Shown piece by piece: positions 33,901-43,126 of a stretch of DNA of 64,000 bases (within the stretch, counting starts at the first letter, position 1; each line of letters opens with the position of its first letter). The position numbers and the translations under genes were made by a program. Origin of the DNA: an uncultured Verrucomicrobiae bacterium (GTDB taxonomy: Bacteria; Verrucomicrobiota; Verrucomicrobiia; Chthoniobacterales; JAATET01); NCBI GenBank assembly GCA_963719495.1, contig CAVRCI010000005.1, positions 128,001 to 192,000 on the forward strand, read 5' to 3'. Below the pieces are notes generated by a model. It was not told the DNA's origin, made no database searches, and saw only the letters and a list, made by a program, of their open reading frames with translations.

Positions 33901-34734
33901 GCCAACCTCACCCTGAGCGGCCCGTTGAACTCGGCCAAACTCGCCGGCCACCTCGGCCTCGTCGACAGCCGCCTCTTCAAACAAATCGTCGTCCTCCCCT
34001 TCGGCGCTCCCGGCAAGCGCTCCGCCCCGAAGGCCCCCTCCGGCACGCCGCCCCGACTCAGCTTCCCCGATCCGCCGCTCCGCGATCTCGCCTTCGACGT
34101 CACCATCGGCACCGACACTCCGTTCCTCATCCGCGGCGACCTCGCCAACGGCCGCGCCACCGCCGACCTCCACCTCGGCGGCACCGGACTCGACCCACGC
34201 CTCGAAGGCCGCGCCAACGTCGCCGACCTCATCGTCACCCTCCCCTTCAGCACCCTCGACATCGAATCCGGCGGCGTCTTCTTCAACCCCGACGACCCGC
34301 TCAACCCGATCCTCAACCTCCGCGGCCGCTCCGAACTCCGCGAATACGTCATCACCGTCCTCATCTCCGGCACCGCCAACGACCCCGAGGTCACCTTCAC
34401 CAGCAACCCGCCGCTCCCCCCCGAAGACATCGTCGCCCTGCTCTCCACCGGCGCGACCGCCAAAGAACTCACCGGCGGCACGGACGTCATCGCCGGCCGC
34501 GCCGCCCTCCTCATCCTCCAGCAAGTCTACCAACGCTTCTTCCCCGCCAAGCCCGGCGAGAAGGACAGCTTCCGCGATAAATTCGACCTCGAAGTCGGCG
34601 CCATCGACCCGAAGACCGGCAAGCAAAGCCTCTCCGCCCGCTACCGCCTCACCCCCGCCTTCCACCTCATCGGCGACCTCGACGTCAACGGCGACTTCCG
34701 CGGCCGGTTGCGCTACGTCCTTCGGCTCAAATGA
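30952..34734 (+). CDS. TamB/AsmA-like translocation and assembly module protein
   Basis: N-terminal TM, beta-rich repeats, C-terminal DUF490-like FTSNPPLPPEDIVALL; upstream of an Omp85 gene. Confidence 0.88.
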   Translation: MPAVRKLLHRLRWPALILLALAALLLAFHRPLVFEITRRLIVRSAEDQQLRLTYELGGSIFTTLRVTNVVADPDPDSPIRKLTIGEIGLQYSLLDWIRKGYPGLLKTIRLTDFNLEIDQTKFQPRQANQSISTNHHSPVTNHQFPLLFPEKVEITNFSFIARSPQGDFTFTGFTLLLLPDRPGTLRVGRFSAPGSPTFENLEGRTTFTDRNLILTDLAIGPKIRIDRFNFDASQLGESRLGLAADATVFGGTAHLDVALRDIYETNRSTLRTRVEGIALERVAEFLNLRPAPSGRITDLTLNYEGELLRPLTWTGNGRAEFDDLQLDQPRIDHLLAVFTLADGRARIDLRELRRDVNVLTGQLVSNLPNAVTALPPDNYAGSITLDAPDLSTLVPGVGPLVRGSVTGSGQLDYANPDLGANLQIAARQLNFQDLQLANADLAVTFSKKLPPRGENQPITSDLTTSLGGRAARITFRNYEADEALIELASTEQSVALKKLELNYQGNFIRLEGSYEVPADPQQVNLDLLELKLQIDAPRLEDFVRDTRGSVLSGSLKANADVHREGGKFQGGLTVEATQLAAQGFAIPGITIDAPIADDVANLETFEINLGPANSIEATGTVNLTAPYAYSGDLTIDLADLTALVPADRNPSNLGGKLHLTWTGSGEAETFDHSGQFAVQLTDARTDQFTDFDAEATGSYTPTELTIPTLTATLGAEKLLTGHVNLPLDLRNQDQPIPRDRPLDLALSTPTLTVAQLASLANQPAPPAAGSVQLDLTADGTLDALDANLHLTGTDLQPADFPQFEPAKLDLRLTVAKGDARLAAAITQRRLEPITIEGNVPFIPGEPLDPGAPINLRFDIPKIDLAFLPTLTPAIRFVDGQASARIDVTGTIREPIPAGTAALQIKRLTLAGEGLPELDTVDTRFAFTREKIAITNFTGRVSGGELTVSGAADIRDPRSPRLDFAVEGDSLLLFRNPDLLARANANLTLSGPLNSAKLAGHLGLVDSRLFKQIVVLPFGAPGKRSAPKAPSGTPPRLSFPDPPLRDLAFDVTIGTDTPFLIRGDLANGRATADLHLGGTGLDPRLEGRANVADLIVTLPFSTLDIESGGVFFNPDDPLNPILNLRGRSELREYVITVLISGTANDPEVTFTSNPPLPPEDIVALLSTGATAKELTGGTDVIAGRAALLILQQVYQRFFPAKPGEKDSFRDKFDLEVGAIDPKTGKQSLSARYRLTPAFHLIGDLDVNGDFRGRLRYVLRLK

Positions 34735-34742
34735 TCGCCAAC

Positions 34743-34964
34743 TTACGAAACAATTGCCCGATGCACGATGCGGCGAATGTGCGGGTAGGAAATCAAGTGA
34801 GCCAGACCTTCGTCGTCCTCGATCACGAGCGCAAACTTCGTGGCCAAGGCATGATCCGGCGTCGGAATCGACCAAGCGAGATCTTCCGCTACCTCGACCG
34901 CAAACGGTTCGAACGGGGCAGCTTGCAGCAGCGCTCGGATTTGCTCTTTCACGAGGAAACCCAT
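34743..34964 (-). CDS. 73-aa hypothetical protein
   Basis: IRALLQAAPFEPFAVEV...IPTPDH pattern; lower GC; antisense between the tamB-like and Omp85 genes. Confidence 0.6.
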   Translation of the reverse strand: MGFLVKEQIRALLQAAPFEPFAVEVAEDLAWSIPTPDHALATKFALVIEDDEGLAHLISYPHIRRIVHRAIVS

Positions 34965-34993
34965 ACCTCGAAACTCCGGAATCCGCAACGCGC

Positions 34994-37054
34994 ATGAGCC
35001 ACTGGAGATTCTTGGCGCTCTCCGCGTTCTTCGCGGTCCAAACGCATTCCCACGCCGCAACGGTCGAGTTTCGAGGCAACGAACTTCTCGCCGATTCCAC
35101 TCTCAGCGAGAACGTCGCCGAGCAGATTATCCAGATTGAATCCGAAGGCCTCACCCCCGCCCGAGCCGATGACCTGACTTACTTCACCGGCCTGACCTAC
35201 CGCGACAACGGCTTCCTGGCTCCTACCGTCACGCCGCAAACTTCCGGAGACACCCTCACACTCCACATCAACGAAGGTCCACGCACCGAGCTCGTTGCGA
35301 CGCCCATCAAGGGCGCGACCGCCTACAGCGAAACGAAACTCGAGGATTACATCCTTGGGCCAACCCGTGAGAACGTCACCGGCGACGACCTCCCCTACGT
35401 CCCGGCTCAACTGTCCGCGGGCCTCGCCAATCTCCGTGGTCTCTACCTGAGCGACGGCTACCTCGACGTCGAGATCGATGAACCTAGGATTACCTTCAAC
35501 GTCCCCCGCACCGAGGCCCGCGCAACGATCACGATCCGCGAAGGCAAACCCTACACCTTCGGCCCGATCACCATCCTCGGCAGCACCGCCGTCCCCGCCG
35601 AAACGATCCGCGAAGCCATCGCCGACCTCATCACCCAACCCTACAGCGAAGCCCGCGTCCGCCTGATCGAAGAACGAATCGCCTACGAATTCCAAAAAGC
35701 GGGCTATTACGAAGCGCGCGTTTCAAGGAGCGGCGATTTGCAATCGCCGACCCAACCCAAAGGCGAAGCCTCAAATCTACCCACCAGTCACCAATCACCA
35801 GTCACCAATCACCAGCTCCAAATCCCCCTCACCCTCACAATAACCCCCGCCCCCCCATTCCGCTTCGGCCAGGCGACCGTCACCGGCACCACCCGCCTCC
35901 GCCCATCCTTCGTCCGCAAACGCTTCGGCACCCTCACCGGCAAGCTCTACAACCCCGACGCCCTCAACCGCATCTTCCAGCGCCAACTCGGCACCGGCCT
36001 CTACAACCAACTCCGAGTCCGCCAACTTCCAACCTCGCCACCCCCCACCCCCGGCACCGTCGACTTGGCGATCGAAGTCGAGGAAGCCCCCAGCCAGGAA
36101 ATCGGATTCTCCGTCGGCTACGGGACGTTCGAAGGCGCGGGCGGCGGCATCCGCTTCGTCGAGCGCAACCTCTTCGGCACCGGTCGCCCGCTCACCGCCT
36201 CCATCGAGGCCACCCAGCGCACCTTCGGAGCCGACCTCACCCTCGACGACCCCTGGTTCCTCGAACGCGACGACCTCGCCCTCCAGCTCCGCGCCTACGC
36301 CCTCACCCGCCGCCTCGAAGGCTACACGAAGAACGAACTTGGCTTCCGCCCCGAGCTCACGCTCACCGTCACCCCCCGCTTCACCACGTCCGCCTTCCTC
36401 CTCACCAAGGGCGTTTCCATCGACGACGAAGGCATCAGCGACGACCTCATCGGCCGCACCCCCTACCTCGCGAACAGCGTCGGCCTCACCGCCGTTTACG
36501 ACACCCGCGACAACCCGCTGAACCCCGACCAGGGCTTCGTCCTCGGCACCACCGCCGACGCGGCCACCCGCGTCCTCGGTAGCGACGTCAGCTTCGCCCG
36601 CATCACCGCCCGCGCCGCCTACTACCTCCCGATCGGCGACACCCTCCTCGCCTTCGGAGTCCGCGGCGGCATCATGACCCCGATCGAAGGCGATTCCGGC
36701 GTGCCCATCGACGAACGATTTTTCAACGGCGGCGCGTCCTCCGTCCGCAGTTTCGCCGACCGCGAACTCGGCCCCCACAACAACGGCTACCCGACCGGCG
36801 GCCAGACCTTCACCGTCTTCAACCTCGAATACGTCATCCCCGTTATCGACTCGCTCAAAGCCGCCGTCTTCGTCGACGCCGGCAGCGTCGGTCAATCGAC
36901 CAGAGACTTCGGCATCCTCCGCACCGGCGTCGGGGCCGGTCTGCGCTACGACCTCCCCATCGGCCCCATCCGCCTAGACGCCGCCCTCAACCCCAACCCG
37001 CGCCCCGGCGAAGCCATCGGAGCCATCCACTTCACCATCGGTCTGGCCTTTTAA
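34994..37054 (+). CDS. Omp85 family BamA/TamA outer-membrane protein
   Basis: POTRA-like repeats (GYLDV, EGKPY), RNLFGTG, GGASSVRSF, PIGPIRLD, terminal F. Confidence 0.93.
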   Translation: MSHWRFLALSAFFAVQTHSHAATVEFRGNELLADSTLSENVAEQIIQIESEGLTPARADDLTYFTGLTYRDNGFLAPTVTPQTSGDTLTLHINEGPRTELVATPIKGATAYSETKLEDYILGPTRENVTGDDLPYVPAQLSAGLANLRGLYLSDGYLDVEIDEPRITFNVPRTEARATITIREGKPYTFGPITILGSTAVPAETIREAIADLITQPYSEARVRLIEERIAYEFQKAGYYEARVSRSGDLQSPTQPKGEASNLPTSHQSPVTNHQLQIPLTLTITPAPPFRFGQATVTGTTRLRPSFVRKRFGTLTGKLYNPDALNRIFQRQLGTGLYNQLRVRQLPTSPPPTPGTVDLAIEVEEAPSQEIGFSVGYGTFEGAGGGIRFVERNLFGTGRPLTASIEATQRTFGADLTLDDPWFLERDDLALQLRAYALTRRLEGYTKNELGFRPELTLTVTPRFTTSAFLLTKGVSIDDEGISDDLIGRTPYLANSVGLTAVYDTRDNPLNPDQGFVLGTTADAATRVLGSDVSFARITARAAYYLPIGDTLLAFGVRGGIMTPIEGDSGVPIDERFFNGGASSVRSFADRELGPHNNGYPTGGQTFTVFNLEYVIPVIDSLKAAVFVDAGSVGQSTRDFGILRTGVGAGLRYDLPIGPIRLDAALNPNPRPGEAIGAIHFTIGLAF

Positions 37055-37100
37055 ATCTCACATTCGCGTCCATTCGCGTGTTTAGCGGGCAACGAATTGA

Positions 37101-38216
37101 TCACCGCCCCGCCCGCCGGCTCGGACTCTTCCCCCGCTCGGCCCGCCGAGCGATCCCGTCCAACACCGCCGAAACCTGACGAAATTCCTCGCGCGCCACC
37201 ACCAGCGTCCGTTCCAACTCCCGCCGACGCTTCTCCTCGATCTTTGCGCGCTTCTTCGTCAGCCGCCGAAACCCCCACGCCGCCTGCCGCTTCGCCCGAT
37301 TTGTCGCCTTCTTCATCTCGACCAAAGCCCGCCCGAGTTCCGCCGTCATCCGTCTGAGCGTCCCCACCGGCAACCCAGCCGCATCCCCGCCATCCCCCAT
37401 TTCCACCCGACCCGCCGCCGCCTCGAGCCGCTCGAGATCACCCGATTGGTAAGCCGCCTGCACCTCGTGCCACAGCTCCCGCTCACGCGCGCTCAACTCC
37501 GCCTTCCCGTCCGGGTGCAGCCGACGCACCAACTTTCGGTAGAGCGTTTTCAACCGACGGTCCACCGGCACCTCCGCCGAAACCTCGTCCCCTGCCCGTC
37601 GCGCTCCACCCAACCTCGCCCGCTCGCGATCCAACGCCTCATCCAGATTCGGCGCCCGCCGTCCCGTCATGGTTTCATACATCGATCCCATGAAGTCATA
37701 CTGCTCCCGAAATTCCCGCTGCTTCCGCGCCGACATCGAATCGAACTCCGCCACGTCGAAATCCGGCGGCAAATCCCCGTCACCAAACATACCCCGCGGC
37801 CCTTCATCCCGCCCGTCCTCTCGGGAACCATCCTCCGCGCTCTCGTCCCCCTCACCCCGAGCTTCCCGCTCTCGTCCCGCCATCACGCGCCGGTAAGCCG
37901 TCACCTCCGAACACTCCGTCCAGCGCATCTCATCCTCGATTTCTTCTAAAACCCACCCCTTCTCCGCAACTCCACTCTCGAGCTCCCGAATCTCTGTCAT
38001 GAGCACTCCGAACGTCCGCGCTTCCCACTCCGCGAAGGCGGGCACGTCGCGCGTCTCGAAGACCTCCATTCCCTCCCGCAATTTTCCCAACTCCCGTTCC
38101 GCCGCTCGGTAAGCTCGCAACTCCGCCTCCCGGATCGGGCTTTCATCCACCCACACGAGCCACCAACCCGACCGATCCACGCCCGTTTTCCGGGAATTTC
38201 TCCGTTTCGCCGCCAC
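37101..38216 (-). CDS. Coiled-coil protein with internal J domain
   Basis: LKTLYRKLVRRLHPD...WHEVQAAY. Confidence 0.8.
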   Translation of the reverse strand: MAAKRRNSRKTGVDRSGWWLVWVDESPIREAELRAYRAAERELGKLREGMEVFETRDVPAFAEWEARTFGVLMTEIRELESGVAEKGWVLEEIEDEMRWTECSEVTAYRRVMAGREREARGEGDESAEDGSREDGRDEGPRGMFGDGDLPPDFDVAEFDSMSARKQREFREQYDFMGSMYETMTGRRAPNLDEALDRERARLGGARRAGDEVSAEVPVDRRLKTLYRKLVRRLHPDGKAELSARERELWHEVQAAYQSGDLERLEAAAGRVEMGDGGDAAGLPVGTLRRMTAELGRALVEMKKATNRAKRQAAWGFRRLTKKRAKIEEKRRRELERTLVVAREEFRQVSAVLDGIARRAERGKSPSRRAGR

Positions 38217-38321
38217 CCCTCACACCTCACCCAATCTTCCGCCCGACCGCAACTCCTTCCCCAGAGCCCCCGCTTTTATCGTTCCCGCCGACGCCCAATC
38301 TGATTCCGTAAAGCCCGTCCC

Positions 38322-39173
38322 ATGTTCCGCCGCCACGTGATCACCGTCCCCATCCTCCTCGTCGGCGGCTACCTCGCCATTTGCGTCCTCCTCTACTTCC
38401 GCCAAGACAGCCTGATCTTTTTCCCGCGCCGCGCCACGGAGGCCGAACTCGATCCCGCCGCCCGCGCCGCCGGATTCTCGGCCTGGGTCAACGCCCAGGG
38501 CGATCGAATCGGGTGGCAATCCGCGTCCGGCAACCCCGCCGACGCCCTCCTCATCTGCCACGGCAACGGCGGCTACGCGCTGCACCGGAATTATTTCGCC
38601 TACTCCACCACCGCCACCAGCGGCACGCTCCCACCCAAAGTCTTCCTGCTCGAATACCCCGGCTACGGCGCGCGCCCCGGCACCCCCTCCGAGGCCAGCC
38701 TTACCGCCGCCGCCATCGAAGCCGTCGACACCCTCGCCGCCGAACCCAACCGCCGCCTCACTCTCCTCGGTCAATCCCTCGGCTCCGGTGTTGCCAGCGC
38801 CGCCGCCCACGCGCGCCCCGCCGCCATCGACGCCCTCATCCTCGTCACCCCCTTCGACTCCCTCGTCCACGCCGCCCACTCCCACTACCCCTGGCTCCCC
38901 GTCCCGTGGCTCATCCGCCACCGCTTCGATTCCGTCAAAAATCTAAAAGCGTTCCCCGGCCCCACCGCCTTCCTCGTCGCCGCCGACGACCAAACGATCC
39001 CCGCCACCCTCGGCCAGTCGCTCTTCGACACCTACCCCGGCACCAAACGCCTCTGGCTCATCCCCGAAGCCCACCACAACGACACCGACCGCCTCCTCGC
39101 CGACTGGCCGACGATCTGGACGTGGCTCCAAAACAAGCCAAAATCGAAATTCCAAAATCGAAAATCCCCGTGA
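38322..39173 (+). CDS. Alpha/beta hydrolase (ABHD13/Bem46-like)
   Basis: HGNGG, EYPGYG, GQSLG, HHND. Confidence 0.9.
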   Translation: MFRRHVITVPILLVGGYLAICVLLYFRQDSLIFFPRRATEAELDPAARAAGFSAWVNAQGDRIGWQSASGNPADALLICHGNGGYALHRNYFAYSTTATSGTLPPKVFLLEYPGYGARPGTPSEASLTAAAIEAVDTLAAEPNRRLTLLGQSLGSGVASAAAHARPAAIDALILVTPFDSLVHAAHSHYPWLPVPWLIRHRFDSVKNLKAFPGPTAFLVAADDQTIPATLGQSLFDTYPGTKRLWLIPEAHHNDTDRLLADWPTIWTWLQNKPKSKFQNRKSP

Positions 39174-40189
39174 TCATCCGCACCACCGCCTACCCCCGCG
39201 CCGGCCTCATCGGCAATCCCTCCGACGGCTACTTCGGCAAGACCATCGCCTTCGCCTTCACGAATTTCTCGGCCACCATCGAACTCTGGGAATCGCCCGA
39301 TCTGGAACTCCTCCCCTCCCGCCGCGACCACTCCGTCTTCGCCAGCGTCGCCGACCTCCACGAAGACGTCAAAAAACACGGCTACTACGGCGGCTTCCGC
39401 CTCCTCAAAGCTTCCGTCAAAGCCTTCTACGACTACTGCCAATCCCGCGGCATCAAGTTCGACGACCGCAACTTCACGATGCGCTACGCCTCCGACATCC
39501 CGAACCGGGTCGGCCTCGCCGGCTCCAGCGCCCTCATCACCGCCTGCATCCGCGCCCTCATGGGATTCTACAACGTCACCATGCCCCGCCACGCCCTCGC
39601 CAGCGTCGTCCTCTCCGTCGAGAACACCGAACTTGCCATCCCCGCCGGCCTCCAGGACCGCGTCGCCCAAGCCTACCAGACCCTCACCTACATGGACTTC
39701 TCCCGCGACCTCATCGAAGGCCGCGGCTACGGCCACTACGAGCCCCTCGACACCACTCTCCTCCCCCCCGTCTACGTCGCCTACCGCGAAGACCTCTCCG
39801 AAGGCACCGAAGTCTTCCACAACAACCTCCGCGCCCGCTGGCTCGCCAACGACCCCGAAGTCGTCGACGCCATGGCCCACTGGGCCGACCTCACCACGCA
39901 ATTCCGCGACGCCCTCCTCGCCAAAGACCACGCCACCATCCACCGCGTCATCGATGCAAACTTCGACAAACGCGCCAGCCTCTACGACGTCGGCGAAGGC
40001 AACCGCGACATGATCGCCACCGCCCGCCGCACCGGAGCCAGCGCCAAATTCGCCGGCAGCGGCGGAGCCATCGTCGGCACCTACGAAGACGAAAAAATGC
40101 TCGCCGAGCTGGAGAAAGCCTTCGCTCCGAAATCCATCCGCGTCATCCGCCCAACCATCGCCCCACCCCTCCCGCGAGAGATGAAATGA
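39170..40189 (+). CDS. GHMP kinase, glucuronokinase-like
   Basis: RAGLIGNPSDGYFGKT, YYGGFRLLKA, GLAGSSA, AGLQDRVAQ, KFAGSGGA; GTG overlaps the upstream TGA. Confidence 0.88.
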   Translation: MIIRTTAYPRAGLIGNPSDGYFGKTIAFAFTNFSATIELWESPDLELLPSRRDHSVFASVADLHEDVKKHGYYGGFRLLKASVKAFYDYCQSRGIKFDDRNFTMRYASDIPNRVGLAGSSALITACIRALMGFYNVTMPRHALASVVLSVENTELAIPAGLQDRVAQAYQTLTYMDFSRDLIEGRGYGHYEPLDTTLLPPVYVAYREDLSEGTEVFHNNLRARWLANDPEVVDAMAHWADLTTQFRDALLAKDHATIHRVIDANFDKRASLYDVGEGNRDMIATARRTGASAKFAGSGGAIVGTYEDEKMLAELEKAFAPKSIRVIRPTIAPPLPREMK

Positions 40190-40321
40190 GTCCAAGGTCC
40201 CAAGTCGGAAAGTCATTTTTGAATCGCTGGTGCGATTGAGCTCAAGGAGCGGCGGGTTGACTTCGTCGGTCTCCGCTTCGCTCCGGCTCCAGCCGCCCAT
40301 CCAACCCAAGCGCGAAGCGCC

Positions 40322-40398
40322 ACTTCCGACCTTCCGACCTTCCGACTTTCCGACTTTCCGACTTTCCGACCTTCCGACCTTCCGACTTTCCGACTTTC
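40322..40398 (+). repeat. Tandem 8-nt array (CTTCCGAC/TTTCCGAC, ~9 units)
   Basis: Directly visible; degenerate relatives at ~5335-5362 and ~40517-40550. Confidence 0.92.
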
Positions 40399-40557
40399 CG
40401 ACTTTCCGACCTTCCGACCCACCGACGTTGACTCGCTCGCTCCCGCTCGTCTCGCCCTCCGGGCTGCACCGCAGAGCCGATGCAGTCGGCCCCGAGCCTT
40501 CCCAGGCTCCGGTGCTCTGACCTTCAGACTTTCCGACATTTAGACCTTCGACCAAAA

Positions 40558-41391
40558 ATGAAAGCCATCATCCCCGCCGCCGGCCTCGGCACCCGCTTCC
40601 TCCCCATCGCCAAATGCGTCCCCAAGGAGATGCTCCCCGTCGGTGACCGGCCCGTCATCCACTACGTCGTCGCGGAAGCCGCCGCCGCCGGATTCGACGA
40701 GATCCTTCTCATCCTCAGCCGCGGCAAGGAAATGATCGCCCAATACTTCACGCCCCACCCCGAACTCGAACGCCACCTCGAACGAACCGGAAAAACCGCC
40801 GCCCTCGAAGCCGTCCGCGCCACCAGTCAGTTCGGGACCATCCACTCGATCTACCAGCCCGAGATGCGCGGCCTCGGCGACGCCATCCGGCTCGCCCGCT
40901 CGTTCGTTGGTCGCGACGAAGCCTTCGCCGTCCTCCTCGGCGACACCATCATGCACCGCGCCTCCCCGCTCCCCGCCATGCGCGCCGCCTGGGACCGCCA
41001 CCACAAATCCAGCGTCTGCCTCGAACCCTGCCCCCCCGACCGCGTCTCCCGCTACGGCATCGCCGGCGGACGCCAATTCGACCCCGACACCTTCGACCTC
41101 GACCACCTCGTCGAGAAGCCCGCCCCCGACGCCGCCCCCCAACTCACCGCTCCCGACGGCACACCGCTCCCGCCCCACGCCTTCGCCGCCCGCTACCTCT
41201 TCGCCACCTCGATCTTCGACGACCTCGACGCCACGCCCCCCGGCCACGGCGGCGAAATCCAACTCACCGACGCCATGAAACCCCTCCGCGCCCGCGACGG
41301 CCTCCTCGGCGTCCGCTGGCCCGGCCAACGCCTCGACATCGGCAACCCCACCGGCCTCATCGAAGCCGCCATCGCGATGGACAAGGACTGA
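40558..41391 (+). CDS. UTP--sugar-1-phosphate uridylyltransferase (GalU-like)
   Basis: KAIIPAAGLGTRFLP, PKEMLP, GLGDAI, VEKP, GEIQLTDA. Confidence 0.9.
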   Translation: MKAIIPAAGLGTRFLPIAKCVPKEMLPVGDRPVIHYVVAEAAAAGFDEILLILSRGKEMIAQYFTPHPELERHLERTGKTAALEAVRATSQFGTIHSIYQPEMRGLGDAIRLARSFVGRDEAFAVLLGDTIMHRASPLPAMRAAWDRHHKSSVCLEPCPPDRVSRYGIAGGRQFDPDTFDLDHLVEKPAPDAAPQLTAPDGTPLPPHAFAARYLFATSIFDDLDATPPGHGGEIQLTDAMKPLRARDGLLGVRWPGQRLDIGNPTGLIEAAIAMDKD

Positions 41392-41558
41392 CAAAGTCTC
41401 TCGCGGTCACGCGACAGACCCGGACGCCAGCCGACCATCGAGTTTTTTACCATCCATTCCCGCCGCTCCGCCCGAACTCCCGGTGACTTTCCTTGCGGCC
41501 CATGCGGCCAACTGGCACGTTCCCTGCGTTCATTGTCGCAACCAACCGAATAAAAATT

Positions 41559-41975
41559 ATGCCCGAAGAAGCCACCAATCTCATCACCGGAACCGATCCG
41601 GCCGAAATCAACCTCGAAGCCAGCAAGGCCCACGCCGAAGCCGCTGGGGATACGGCCAAAACAGCCGCCCAAGACATCTACTCCAGCACGAAGGGCAAGG
41701 CCGAAGCCGCGATCGGAAAAGGGAAGGAGCAACTCTCCAAAGCCGCCCAGGATCTCTCCGATGCGGGGAAAGCCAAGTATGAAGACCTGAAAGCGAAGGC
41801 GACCGTGAAGGGCGAGGAATACAAAGGCAAAGCGCAGGACGCTCTCGGGGAAGCGCAGGCCAAGGCCAAGGTCATCCAGTCGGATTCCGAGCAATACATC
41901 CGCGATAATCCGCTGCAGGCCGTCGGCATCGCCCTCGGCGTTGGCTTCGTTCTCGGAATCGTCCTCCGCAAGTAA
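41559..41975 (+). CDS. DUF883/ElaB/YqjD family membrane-anchored protein
   Basis: Ala/Lys-rich helix, YIRDNPLQAVGIALGVGFVLG. Confidence 0.9.
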   Translation: MPEEATNLITGTDPAEINLEASKAHAEAAGDTAKTAAQDIYSSTKGKAEAAIGKGKEQLSKAAQDLSDAGKAKYEDLKAKATVKGEEYKGKAQDALGEAQAKAKVIQSDSEQYIRDNPLQAVGIALGVGFVLGIVLRK

Positions 41976-41984
41976 ATCGTTTCC

Positions 41985-42020
41985 GACCCCCGGTGGATCC
42001 TCCGCGATCCACCGGGGTCC
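41985..42020 (+). terminator. Strong hairpin after the DUF883 gene
   Basis: GACCCCCGGTGGATC...GATCCACCGGGGTCC followed by a weak T tract. Confidence 0.5.
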
Positions 42021-42029
42021 TTCGTTTCA

Positions 42030-42479
42030 ATGACACCAGATCCCGGAGTTCCTCCGAACCCAGCCGAGCCCGAATCCGGCTTCGTCACCGATTGCATTCG
42101 GTTGTTCGGGTCGTTCTCGCGTCACTTTTCCGCGATTTTCTCGCTCGCCGGGCTGGAGATGAAGGAAGCCGTCGGGCTCTACGTCCGCATCATCGTCATG
42201 CTCTTGGCGGCGTTGGTGTTCCTCCTCCTCGGCTACGTATTCTTCATTCTCACCGCCGCCTTCGCGATCGCCTGGCTCTTCAGCGTCGCTTGGGTCTGGA
42301 TCGCCCTCGGATTCACCGTTATCCACTTCCTGATCGCGTTCGTTTGCGCCTTGGCCGCCAAACGGCACTTCCGCACCCCGGTCTTCGGGACCACATCGTC
42401 CGAGTTTCGGAAGGATTTTCAGCTCTTGAGCCAACACGACACCACGCCCGCACCCGCCGCGAGCGTGCCATTCCCATGA
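42030..42479 (+). CDS. YqjE-like (holin superfamily III) membrane protein
   Basis: LAGLEMKE, two TM helices, TSSEFRKD; yqjD-E-K-like gene order. Confidence 0.8.
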   Translation: MTPDPGVPPNPAEPESGFVTDCIRLFGSFSRHFSAIFSLAGLEMKEAVGLYVRIIVMLLAALVFLLLGYVFFILTAAFAIAWLFSVAWVWIALGFTVIHFLIAFVCALAAKRHFRTPVFGTTSSEFRKDFQLLSQHDTTPAPAASVPFP

Positions 42480-42847
42480 CGCGCGCCGAAATTCTCCTCG
42501 AACTCGAAGCGAGCCGCCGTGCGATCAGCCGCGACTATCACGGTGTCCGCGAAGCGGCGAACGTCCCCAAGAGGCTCAAATCGACGTTTAAAAAGCACCC
42601 CGTCCCCTGGCTTGGGGGTGCAGCCGCCATCGGTTGGCTCCTGTCGGGACGCGGTCGCAAGCAAAAGAAAGTGATGGTCGAACGCCAGGTCGACGCCGAC
42701 GGTAACGTCGTGAAGGAAAAGGCCAAAAAGCTCGGCATTTTCACGATTCTGCTCTCGATCCTTCGAGTCGTCATCCCCGTGGTGAAGCCCGCCGTGTTGG
42801 CCTTCACCGCCAAGAAATTCGCCGACGTCGCCGGAAAACTGAACTGA
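42476..42847 (+). CDS. YqjK-like hypothetical protein
   Basis: ATGA overlap; RAEILLELEASRRAI, KHPVPWLGGAAAIG. Confidence 0.7.
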   Translation: MTRAEILLELEASRRAISRDYHGVREAANVPKRLKSTFKKHPVPWLGGAAAIGWLLSGRGRKQKKVMVERQVDADGNVVKEKAKKLGIFTILLSILRVVIPVVKPAVLAFTAKKFADVAGKLN

Positions 42848-43126
42848 CTCCAGAGTCCGTGGAATCGGCTTCCAGCCGATCACCAAACCAAAAATCGGCC
42901 GAAGGCCGGTTTCGATCCGACCGCCTGGAGTTGGACGTCCAAAGGAAGCTCGATGGGTTCCACGCGAGCGCACGCCGCCCACACTGCGACGATCCGACCA
43001 GCAAACAAGACCCCGCTCGTGACCCCGCGACAGCGGCCAGAACCCGCAAAGATCGCTTTCCGTCCCAACGCGCAGCGCGAAAATCGCTCGCGGATCGCCC
43101 TCCGCTTCGTCAGAACTAACAGGCTC

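Noticed and set aside
40322..40398. CRISPR, or a coding low-complexity protein (KVGKSESR ORFs)
   Set aside because: Simple 8-nt tandem repeat; the overlapping ORFs are translations of the repeat
42030..42479. Prophage holin
   Set aside because: YqjD/YqjE/YqjK-like chromosomal trio; no phage genes nearby
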